A DNA stretch of 64,000 bases from Eledone cirrhosa (GCA_964016885.1 OZ024758.1:34844001-34908000); one strand, 5' to 3'. Positions 53,401-64,000 are shown, numbered from the stretch's first letter. Made by a program: numbers and translations. Notes: a model not told the origin generated them from the sequence alone.

Positions 53401-55940
53401 TTCATTTAAGTCATGGTATTAGCTGTCAGAAGTAACTCCAATGTTGGTGAGAATTCATTTAAGTTCATGGTATTAGCTGTCAGAAGTAACGCCACAGTTG
53501 GTGAGAATTCATTTAAGTTCATGGTATTAGCTGTCAGAAGTAACTCCACTGTTGGTGAGAATTCATTTAAGTTCATGGTACTAGCTGTCAGAAGTAACTC
53601 CACCGTTGGTGAGAATTCATTTAAGTTCATGGTACTAGCTGTCAGAAGTAACTCCAATGTTGGTGAGAATTCATTTAAGTTCATGGTATTAGCTGTCAGA
53701 AGTAACTCCACTGTTGGTGAGAATTCATTTAAGTCATGGTATTAGCTGTCAGAAGTAATTCCACTGTTGGTGAGAATTCATTTAAGTTCATGGTATTAGC
53801 TGTCAGAAGGAACTCCAATGTTGGTGAGAATTCATTTAAGTCATGGTATTAGCTGTCAGAAGGAACTCCACTGTTGGTGAGAATTCATTTAAGTTCATGG
53901 TATTAGCTGTCAGAAGGAACTCCAATGTTGGTGAGAATTCATTTAAGTCATGGTACTAGCTGTCAGAAGTAACTCCACTGTTGGTGAGAATTCATTTAAG
54001 TTCATGGTATTAGCTGTCAGAAGGAACTCCACTGTTGGTGAGAATTCATTTAAGTTCATGGTATTAGCTGTCAGAAGGAACGCCACTGTTGGTGAGAATT
54101 CATTTAAGTTCATGGTATTAGCTGTCAGAAGTAACTCCACTGTTGGTGAGAATTCATTTAAGTTCATGGTACTAGCTGTCAGAAGTAACTCCAATGTTGG
54201 TGAGAATTCATTTAAGTTCATGGTATTAGCTGTCAGAAGGAACTCCACTGTTGGTGAGAATTCATTTAAGTTCATGGTATTAGCTGTCAGAAGTAACTCC
54301 ACTGTTTGTGAGAATTCATTTAAGTCATGGTATTAGCTGTCAGAAGTAACTCCATTGTTGGTGAGAATTCATTTAAGTCATGGTACTAGCTGTCAGAAGT
54401 AACTCCAATGTTGGTGAGAATTCATTTAAGTCATGGTACTAGTTGTCAGAAGTAACTCCAATGTTGGTGAGAATTCATTTAAGTTCATGGTATTAGATGT
54501 CAGAAGGAACTCCACCGTTGGTGAGAATTCATTTAAGTTCATGGTATTAGCTGCCAGAAGTAACTCCACTGTTGGTGAGAATTCATTTAAGTTCATGGTA
54601 TTAGCTGTCAGAAGTAACTCCACTGTTGGTGAGAATTCATTTAAGTTCATGGTACTAACTGTCAGAAGTAACTCCAATGTTGGTGAGAATTCATTTAAGT
54701 TCATGGTATTAGCTGTCAGAAGTAACTCCACTGTTGGTGAGAATTCATTTAAGTCATGGTATTAGCTGTCAGAAGTAACTCCAATGTTGGTGAGAATTCA
54801 TTTAAGTTCATGGTATTAGCTGTCAGAAGTAACTCCAATGTTGGTGAGAATTCATTTAAGTTCATGGTATTAGCTGTCAGAAGGAACTCCACTGTTGCTG
54901 AGAATTCATTTAAGTTCATGGTATTAGCTGTCAGAAGTAACTCCACTGTTGGTGAGAATTCATTTAAGTTCATGGTACTAGCTGTCATAAGTAACTCCAC
55001 TGTTGGTGAGAATTCATTTAAGTTCATGGTATTAGCTGTCAGAAGTCACTCCAATGTTGGTGAGAATTCATTTAAGTTCATGGTATTAGCTGTCAGAAGT
55101 CACTCCACTGTTGGTGAGAATTCATTTAAGTTCATGGTACTAGCTGTCAGAAGTAACCCCAATGTTGGTGAGAATTCATTTAAGTTCATGGTATTAGCTG
55201 TCAGAAGTCACTCCAATGTTGGTGAGAATTCATTTAAGTTCATGGTATTAGCTGTCAGAAGTAACTCCACTGTTGGTGAGAATTCATTTAAGTTCATGGT
55301 ATTAGCTGTCAGAAGTAACTCCACAGTTGGTGAGAATTCATTTAAGTTCATGGTATTAGCTGTCAGAAGGAACTCCACTGTTGGTGAGAATTCATTTAAG
55401 TTCATGGTACTAGCTGTCAGAAGTAACTCCACTGTTGGTGAGAATTCATTTAGGTTCATGGTATTAGTTTGTCAGAAGTAACTCCACTGTTGGTGAGAAT
55501 TCATTTAAGCCATGGTACTAGCTGTCAGAAGTAACTCCAATGTAGGTGAGAATTCATTTAAGTTCATGGTATTAGCTGTCAGAACGAACTCCACTGTTGG
55601 TGAAAATTCATTTAAGTTCATGGTATTAGCTGTCAGAAGTAACTCCACTGTTGGTGAGAATTCATTTAAGTTCATGGTACTAGCTGTCAGAAGTAACTCC
55701 AATGTTGGTGAGAATTCATTTAAGTTCATGGTATTAGCTGTCAGAAGTAACTCCACTGTTGGTGAGAGTTCATTTAAGTAATGGTATTAGCTGTCAGAAG
55801 TAACTCCAATGTTGGTGAGAATTCATTTAAGTTCATGGTATTAGCTGTCAGAAGTAACTCCACTGTTAGTGAGAATTCATTTAAGTTCATGGTATTAGCT
55901 GTCAGAAGTAACTCCACTGTTGGTGAGAATTCATTTAAGT
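50500..55940. repeat. Block duplication, offset 3337 bp (~62 monomers)
   Basis: 50613/53950, 51419/54756, 52175/55512 and 52444/55781 are offset by 3337. The copies carry several private SNVs. Confidence 0.83.
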
Positions 55941-58900
55941 TCATGGTATTAGTTTGTCAAAAGTAACTCCACTGTTGGTGAGAATTCATTTAAGTCATGG
56001 TATTAGTTGTCAGAAGTAACTCCAATGTTGGTGAGAATTCATTTAAGCCATGGTACTAGCTGTCAGAAGTAACTCCAATGTTGGTGAGAATTCATTTAAT
56101 TTCATGGTATTAGCTGTCAGAACGAACTCCACTGTTGGTGAGAATTCATTTAAGTTCATGGTATTAGCTGTCAGAAGTAACTCTACTGTTGGTGAGAATT
56201 CATTTAAGTTCATGGTACTAGCTGTCAGAAGTAACTCCACTGTTGGTGAGAATTCATTTAAGTTCATGGTATTAGCTGTCAGAAGTCACTCCAATGTTGG
56301 TGAGAATTCATTTAAGTTCATGGTATTAGCTGTCAGAAGTCACTCCACTGTTGGTGAGAATTCATTTAAGTTCATGGTACTAGCTGTCAGAAGTAACCCC
56401 AATGTTGGTGAGAATTCATTTAAGTTCATGGTATTAGCTGTCAGAAGTCACTCCAATGTTGGTGAGAATTCATTTAAGTTCATGGTATTAGCTGTCAGAA
56501 GTAACTCCACTGTTGGTGAGAATTCATTTAAGTTCATGGTATTAGCTGTCAGAAGGAACTCCACTGTTGGTGAGAATTCATTTAAGTTCATGGTACTAGC
56601 TGTCAGAAGTAACTCCACTGTTGGTGAGAATTCATTTAAGTTCATGGTATTAGTTTGTCAGAAGTAACTCCACTGTTGGTGAGAATTCATTTAAGTTCAT
56701 GGTATTAGCTGTCAGAAGTAACTCCACTGTTGGTGAGAATTCATTTAAGTTCATGGTATTAGTTTGTCAAAAGTAACTCCACTGTTGGTGAGAATTCATT
56801 TAAGTCATGATATTAGTTGTCAGAAGTAACTCCAATGTTGGTGAGAATTCATTTAAGCCATGGTACTAGCTGTCAGAAGTAACTCCAATGTTGGTGAGAA
56901 TTCATTTAATTTCATGGTATTAGCTGTCAGAACGAACTCCACTGTTGGTGAGAATTCATTTAAGTTCATGGTATTAGCTGTCAGAAGTAACTCTACTGTT
57001 GGTGAGAATTCATTTAAGTTCATGGTACTAGCTGTCAGAAGTAACTCCACTGTTGGTGAGAATTCATTTAAGTTCATGGTATTAGCTGTCAGAAGTCACT
57101 CCAATGTTGGTGAGAATTCATTTAAGTCATGGTACTAGCTGTCAGAAGTAACTCCACTGTTGGTGAGAATTCATTTAAGTTCATGGTAATAGCTGTCAGA
57201 AGTAACTCCACTGTTGGTGAGAATTCATTTAAGTTCATGGTATTAGCTGTCAGAAGTCACTCCAATGTTGGTGAGAATTCATTTAAGTTCATGGTATTAG
57301 CTGTCAGAAGTCACTCCACTGTTGGTGAGAATTCATTTAAGTTCATGGTACTAACTGTCAGAAGTAATCCCAATGTTGGTGAGAATTCATTTAAGTTCAT
57401 GGTATTAGCTGTCAGAAGTCACTCCAATGTTGGTGAGAATTCATTTAAGTTCATGGTATTAGCTGTCAGAAGTAACTCCACTGTTGGTGAGAATTCATTT
57501 AAGTTCATGGTATTAGCTGTCAGAAGTAACTCCACTGTTGCTGAGAATTCATTTAAGTTCATGGTATTAGCTGTCAGAAGTAACTCCACTGTTGGTGAGA
57601 ATTCATTTAAGTTCATGGTACTAGCTGTCAGAAGTAACTCCACTGTTGGTGAGAATTCATTTAAGTTCATGGTATTAGCTGTCAGAAGTCACTCCAATGT
57701 TGGTGAGAATTCATTTAAGTTCATGGTATTAGCTGTCAGAAGTCACTCCACTGTTGGTGAGAATTCATTTAAGTTCATGGTATTAGCTGTCAGAAGTCAC
57801 TCCAATGTTGGTGAGAATTCATTTAAGTTCATGGTATTAGCTGTCAGAAGTAACTCCACTGTTGGTGAGAATTCATTTAAGTTCATGGTATTAGTTTGTC
57901 AGAAGTAACTCCACTGTTGGTGAGAATTCATTTAAGTCATGGTATTAGTTGTCAGAAGTAACTCCAATGTTGGTGAGAATTCATTTAAGTTCATGGTACT
58001 AGCTGTCAGAAGTAACTCCAATGTTGGTGAGAATTCATTTAAGTTCATGGTATTAGCTGTCAGAAGGAACTCCACTGTTGGTGAGAATTCATTTAAGTTC
58101 ATGGTATTAGCTGTCAGAAGTAACTCCACTGTTGGTGAGAATTCATTTAATTCATGGTATTAGCTGTCAGAAGTAACTCCATTGTTGGTGAGAATTCATT
58201 TAAGTCATGGTTCTAGCTGTCAGAAGTAACTCCAATGTTGGTGAGAATTCATTTAAGTCATGGTACTAGCTGTCAGAAGTAACTCCAATGTTGGTGAGAA
58301 TTCATTTAAGTTCATGGTATTAGCTGTCAGAAGGAACTCCACTGTTGGTGAGAATTCATTTAAGTTCATGGTATTAGCTGTCAGAAGTAACTCCACTGTT
58401 GGTGAGAATTCATTTAAGTTCATGGTATTAGCAGTCAGAAGTAACTCCACTGTTGGTGAGAATTCATTTAAGTTCATGGTACTAGCTGTCAGAAGTAACT
58501 CCAATGTTGGTGAGAATTCATTTAAGTTCATGGTATTAGCTGTCAGAAGTAACTCCACTGTTGGTGAGAATTCTTTTAAGTCATGGTATTAGCTGTCAGA
58601 AGTAACTCCAATGTTGGTGAGAATTCATTTAAGTTCATGGTATTAGCTGTCAGAAGTAACTCCACTGTTGGTGAGAATTCATTTAAGTTCATGGTACTAG
58701 CTGTCAGAAGTAACTCCACTGTTGGTGAGAATTCATTTAAGTTCATGGTATTAGTTTGTCAGAAGTAACTCCACTGTTGGTGAGAATTCATTTAAGTCAT
58801 GGTATTAGTTGTCAGAAGTAACTCCAATGTTGGTGAGAATTCATTTAAGTTCATGGTACTAGCTGTCAGAAGTAACTCCACTGTTGGTGAGAATTCATTT

Positions 58901-59449
58901 AAGTCATGGTATTAGCTGTCAGAAGTAACTCCAATGTTGGTGAGAATTCATTTAAGTCATGGTACTAGCTGTCAGAAATAACTCCAATGTTGGTGAGAAT
59001 TCATTTAAGTTCATGGTATTAGCTGTCAGAAGTAACTCTACTGTTGGTGAGAATTCATTTAAGTTCATGGTATTAACTGTCAGAAGTAACTCCACTGTTG
59101 GTGAGAATTCATTTAAGTTCATGGTATTAGCTGTCAGAAGTAACTCCACTGTTGGTGAGAATTCATTTAAGTTCATGGTATTAGCTGTCAGAAGGAACTC
59201 CAATGTTGGTGAGAATTCATTTAAGTCATGGTACTAGCTGTCAGAAGTAACTCCACTGTTGGTGAGAATTAATTTAAGTTCATGGTATTAGCTGTCAGAA
59301 GGAACGCCACTGTTGGTGAGAATTCATTTAAGTTCATGGTATTAGCAGTCAGAAGTCACTCCACTGTTGGTGAGAATTCATTTAAGTTCATGGTACTAGC
59401 TGTCAGAAGTAACCCCAATGTTGGTGAGAATTCATTTAAGTTCATGGTA

Positions 59450-62400
59450 TTAGCTGTCAGAAGTAACTCCACTGTTGGTGAGAATTCATTTAAGTTCATG
59501 GTATTAGCTGTCAGAAGTAACTCCACTGTTGGTGAGAATTCATTTAAGTTGATGGTACTAGCTGTCAGAAGTAACTCCACTGTTGGTGAGAATTCATTTA
59601 AGTTCATGGTATTAGTTTGTCAGAAGTAACTCCACTGTTGGTGAGAATTCATTTAAGTCATGGTATTAGTTGTCAGAAGTAACTCCAATGTTGGTGAGAA
59701 TTCATTTAAGTTCATGGTATTAGCTGTCAGAAGGAACTCCACTGTTGGTGAGAATTCATTTAAGTTCATGGTATTAGCTGTCAGAAGGAACTCCAATGTT
59801 GGTGAGAATTCATTTAAGTCATGGTACTAGCTGTCAGAAGTAACTCCACTGTTGGTGAGAATTCATTTAAGTTCATGGTATTAGCTGTCAGAAGGAACGC
59901 CACTGTTGGTGAGAATTCATTTAAGTTCATGGTATTAGCTGTCAGAAGTAACTCCACTGTTGGTGAGAATTCATTTAAGTTCATGGTACTAGCTGTCAGA
60001 AGAAACTCCAATGTTGGTGAGAATTCATTTAAGTTCATGGTACTAGCTGTCAGAAGTAACTCCACTGTTGGTGAGAATTCATTTAAGTTCATGGTATTAG
60101 TTTGTCAGAAGTAACTCTACTGTTGGTGAGAATTCATTTAAGTCATGGTATTAGTTGTCAGAAGTAACTCCAATGTTGGTGAGAATTCATTTAAGTTCAT
60201 GGTACTAGCTGTCAGAAGTAACTCCACTGTTGGTGAGAATTCATTTAAGTTCATGGTATTAGCTGTCAGAGGTAACTCCACTGTTGGTGAGAATTCATTT
60301 AAGTCATGGTATTAGCTGTCAGAAGTAACTCCAATGTTGGTGAGAATTCATTTAAGTCATGGTACTAGCTGTCAGAAGTAACTCCAATGTTGGTGAGAAT
60401 TCATTTAAGTACATGGTATTAGCTATCAGAAGTAACTCCACTGTTGGTGAGAATTCATTTAAGTTCATGGTATTAGCTGTCAGAAGTAACTCCACTGTTG
60501 GTGAGAATTCATTTAAGTCATGGTATTAGCTGTCAGAAGTAACTCCACTGTTGGTGAGAATTCATTTAAGTTCATGGTACTAGCTGTCAGATGTAACTCC
60601 AATGTTGGTGAGAATTCATTTAAGTTCATGGTATTAGCTGTCAGAAGGAACTCCACTGTTGCTGAGAATTCATTTAAGTTCATGGTATTAGCTGTCAGAA
60701 GTAACTCCACTGTTGGTGAGAATTCATTTAAGTTCATGGTACTAGCTGTCAGAAGTAACTCCACTGTTGGTGAGAATTCATTTAAGTTCATGGTATTAGC
60801 TGTCAGAAGTCACTCCAATGTTGGTGAGAATTCATTTAAGTTCATGGTATTAGCTGTCAGAAGTCACTCCACTGTTGGTGAGAATTCATTTAAGTTCATG
60901 GTACTAGCTGTCAGAAGTAACCCCAATGTTGGTGAGAATTCATTTAAGTTCATGGTATTAGCTGTCAGAAGTCACTCCAATGTTGGTGAGAATTCATTTA
61001 AGTTCATGGTATTAGCTGTCAGAAGTTACTCCACTGTTGGTGAGAATTCATTTAAGTTCATGGTATTAGTTTGTCAGAAGTAACTCCACTGTTGGTGAGA
61101 ATTCATTTAAGTCAAGGTACTAGCTGTCAGAAGTAACTCCAATGTTGGTGAGAATTCATTTAAGTCATGGTATTAGCTGTCAGAAGTAACTCCAATGTTG
61201 GTGAGAATTCATTTAAGTTCATGGTATTAGCTGTCAGAAGTAACTCCACTGTTGGTGAGAATTCATTTAAGTTCATGGTATTAGCTGTCAGAAGTAACTC
61301 CACTGTTGGTGAGAATTCATTTAAGTTGATGGTACTAGCTGTCAGAAGTAACTCCACTGTTGGTGAGAATTCATTTAAGTTCATGGTATTAGTTTGTCAG
61401 AAGTAACTCCACTGTTGGTGAGAATTCATTTAAGTCATGGTATTAGTTGTCAGAAGTAACTCCAATGTTGGTGAGAATTCATTTAAGTTCATGGTATTAG
61501 CTGTCAGAAGGAACTCCACTGTTGGTGAGAATTCATTTAAGTTCATGGTATTAGCTGTCAGAAGGAACTCCAATGTTGGTGAGAATTCATTTAAGTCATG
61601 GTACTAGCTGTCAGAAGTAACTCCACTGTTGGTGAGAATTCATTTAAGTTCATGGTATTAGCTGTCAGAAGGAACGCCACTGTTGGTGAGAATTCATTTA
61701 AGTTCATGGTATTAGCTGTCAGAAGTAACTCCACTGTTGGTGAGAATTCATTTAAGTTCATGGTACTAGCTGTCAGAAGAAACTCCAATGTTGGTGAGAA
61801 TTCATTTAAGTTCATGGTACTAGCTGTCAGAAGTAACTCCACTGTTGGTGAGAATTCATTTAAGTTCATGGTATTAGTTTGTCAGAAGTAACTCTACTGT
61901 TGGTGAGAATTCATTTAAGTCATGGTATTAGTTGTCAGAAGTAACTCCAATGTTGGTGAGAATTCATTTAAGTTCATGGTACTAGCTGTCAGAAGTAACT
62001 CCACTGTTGGTGAGAATTCATTTAAGTTCATGGTATTAGCTGTCAGAGGTAACTCCACTGTTGGTGAGAATTCATTTAAGTCATGGTATTAGCTGTCAGA
62101 AGTAACTCCAATGTTGGTGAGAATTCATTTAATTCATGGTACTAGCTGTCAGAAGTAACTCCAATGTTGGTGAGAATTCATTTAAGTACATGGTATTAGC
62201 TATCAGAAGTAACTCCACTGTTGGTGAGAATTCATTTAAGGTCATGGTATTAGCTGTCATAAGTAACTCCACTGTTGGTGAGAATTCATTTAAGTCATGG
62301 TATTAGCTGTCAGAAGTAACTCCAATGTTGGTGAGAATTCATTTAAGTTCATGGTATTAGCTGTCAGAAGTCACTCCACTGTTGGTGAGAACTCATTTAA

Positions 62401-64000
62401 GTTCATGGTACTAGCTGTCAGAAGTAACACCAATGTTGGTGAGAATTCATTTAAGTTCATGGTATTAGCTGTCAGAAGTCACTCCAATGTTGGTGAGAAT
62501 TCATTTAAGTTCATGGTATTAGCTGTCAGAAGTAACTCCACTGTTGGTGAGAATTCATTTAAGTTCATGGTATTAACTGTCAGAAGTAACTCCACTGTTG
62601 GTGAGAATTCATTTAAGTTCATGGTATTAGCTGTCAGAAGTAACTCCACTGTTGGTGAGAATTCATTTAAGTTCATGGTATTAGCTGTCAGAAGGAACTC
62701 CAATGTTGGTGAGAATTCATTTAAGTCATGGTACTAGCTGTCAGAAGTAACTCCACTGTTGGTGAGAATTAATTTAAGTTCATGGTATTAGCTGTCAGAA
62801 GGAACGCCACTGTTGGTGAGAATTCATTTAAGTTCATGGTATTAGCAGTCAGAAGTCACTCCACTGTTGGTGAGAATTCATTTAAGTTCATGGTACTAGC
62901 TGTCAGAAGTAACCCCAATGTTGGTGAGAATTCATTTAAGTTCATGGTATTAGCTGTCAGAAGTCACTCCAATGTTGGTGAGAATTCATTTAAGTTCATG
63001 GTATTAGCTGTCAGAAGTTACTCCACTGTTGGTGAGAATTCATTTAAGTTCATGGTATTAGTTTGTCAGAAGTAACTCCACTGTTGGTAAGAATTCATTT
63101 AAGTCATGGTACTAGCTGTCAGAAGTAACTCCAATGTTGGTGAGAATTCAATTAAGTCATGGTATTAGCTGTCAGAAGTAACTCCAATGTTGGTGAGAAT
63201 TCATTTAAGTTCATGGTATTAGCTGTCAGAAGTAACTCCACTGTTGGTGAGAATTCATTTAAGTTGATGGTACTAGCAGTCAGAAGTAACTCCACTGTTG
63301 GTGAGAATTCATTTAAGTTCATGGTATTAGTTTGTCAGAAGTAACTCCACTGTTTGTGAGAATTCATTTAAGTCATGGTATTAGTTGTCAGAAGTAACTC
63401 CAATGTTGGTGAGAATTCATTTAAGTTCATGGTATTAGCTGTCAGAAGGAACTCCACTGTTGGTGAGAATTCATTTAAGTTCATGGTATTAGCTGTCAGA
63501 AGGAACTCCAATGTTGGTGAGAATTCATTTAAGTCATGGTACTAGCTGTCAGAAGTAACTCCACTGTTGGTGAGAATTCATTTAAGTTCATGGTATTAGC
63601 TGTCAGAAGGAACGCCACTGTTGGTGAGAATTCATTTAAGTTCATGGTATTAGCTGTCAGAAGTAACTCCACTGTTGGTGAGAATTCATTTAAGTTCATG
63701 GTACTAGCTGTCAGAAGAAACTCCAATGTTGGTGAGAATTCATTTAAGTTCATGGTACTAGCTGTCAGAAGTAACTCCACTGTTGGTGAGAATTCATTTA
63801 AGTTCATGGTATTAGCTGTCAGAAGTAACTCCACTGTTGGTGAGAATTCATTTAAGTCATGGTATTAGCTGTCAGAAGTAACTCCAATGTTGGTGAGAAT
63901 TCATTTAAGTTCATGGTATTAGCTGTCAGAAGTCACTCCACTGTTGGTGAGAACTCATTTAAGTTCATGGTACTAGCTGTCAGAAGTAACACCAATGTTG
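59450..64000. repeat. Distal block present three times, spacings 1777 and 1938 bp (33 and 36 monomers)
   Basis: The AAGTTGATGG variant is at 59551, 61328 and 63266. ORF starts are 59821, 61598 and 63536. Each copy has the AGAAGAAACT variant. A second block repeats at offset 3500 (59282/62782, GAATTAATTT plus GCAGTC). Confidence 0.85.

Larger units (their letters stand above)
1..64000. repeat. 54-bp tandem satellite DNA array (~1,190 monomers, single orientation, extends beyond both window ends)
   Basis: Consensus ATGGTATTAGCTGTCAGAAGTAACTCCACTGTTGGTGAGAATTCATTTAAGTTC repeats continuously (for example monomers starting at 21, 75 and 129). Most copies differ from consensus by 0-3 bases. Common variants are TTA/CTA, AGT/AGG, AAC/CAC, ACT/AAT, a 53-bp form (AAGTC for AAGTTC) and a 55-bp form (AGTTTGTC for AGCTGTC). 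No non-repeat sequence was seen. Confidence 0.99.

Noticed and set aside
60260-63360. Distal reappearance of GAGGTAAC, GCTATC, GGTAAGAA and TTTGTGAG as evidence of long-range duplication from the proximal domains
   Set aside because: The flanking monomer contexts differ from the proximal occurrences (for example GGTAAGAA and TTTGTGAG here sit on 55-bp-type monomers), so recurrent mutation is an adequate explanation.
686-63834. Minus-strand ORFs encoding (MNLNEFSPTVELLLTANT)n, giving apparent bidirectional coding
   Set aside because: Same artefact on the opposite strand. These ORFs are terminated by the same indels and by the CAC variant, which creates a TGA stop. There is no evidence of coding constraint.
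182-63868. Plus-strand ORFs encoding (MVLAVRSNSTVGENSFKF)n, up to 403 aa (41876-43087, 46620-47831)
   Set aside because: They arise because 54 is divisible by 3 and one frame lacks a stop, which is common by chance for 18 codons (about 0.4 per frame under uniform codon use). Frameshifting 53- and 55-bp monomers occur every few units, most variants are non-synonymous, and there is no unique N- or C-terminal domain. Not called as CDS.
1-64000. CRISPR-like array or variable-cassette system
   Set aside because: There are no unique spacers, since the variable part differs by only 1-3 SNVs drawn from a small set. There is no leader, cas gene, recombinase or reverse transcriptase in the window.
1-64000. 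Programmed frameshift or phase-variation system from recurring ends ...FKSWY and ...VLVCQK
   Set aside because: These ends are simply the translations of the 53-bp deletion and 55-bp insertion variants propagated by block duplication. No expression signals support a functional reading.
1-64000. Tandem small-RNA gene cluster (tRNA, 5S, snoRNA, miRNA, spliced leader) or telomeric repeat
   Set aside because: The 54-bp unit shows no cloverleaf, recognisable Pol III boxes with terminator, long hairpin or spacer, and no TTAGGG-type motif. An Rfam search was not run.
1-64000. A single regular higher-order repeat period across the window
   Set aside because: Offsets change from region to region (810 to 4744 bp and larger) and each persists for only two or three adjacent copies.
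1-64000. Synthetic concatemer or rolling-circle sequencing artefact (EcoRI site in each unit)
   Set aside because: Variants are shared in ordered, hierarchical multi-kb patterns with regional restriction. Random sequencing error or ligated monomers would not produce this. Copy numbers of individual blocks still need read validation.

Overview
The whole 64 kb window is one uninterrupted, head-to-tail satellite DNA array of a 54-bp monomer, consensus ATGGTATTAGCTGTCAGAAGTAACTCCACTGTTGGTGAGAATTCATTTAAGTTC. The monomer is about 37% GC, has no CpG, and carries one EcoRI and one AluI site. There are roughly 1,190 copies (64000/~54), all in the same orientation, and the array runs off both window edges. 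I found no unique sequence, genes, RNA genes, transposons or CRISPR spacers. Every ORF in the track is a translation of the repeat, broken by recurrent 1-bp indels. The informative signal lies in the order of monomer variants. Old multi-monomer 'words' recur throughout. There are nested, irregular multi-kb duplications (offsets such as 810, 1564, 2746, 3021, 3176, 3337, 4744, 8945, 10183 and 21060 bp). There are also three to four successive domains, each marked by its own diagnostic SNVs. This fits a eukaryotic heterochromatic, possibly (peri)centromeric or subtelomeric, satellite evolving by unequal exchange and conversion. Organism, family identity and function cannot be determined from the sequence, and I see no supportable novel gene system. 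Offsets and variant lists were read by eye and from the ORF track, so boundaries are approximate.
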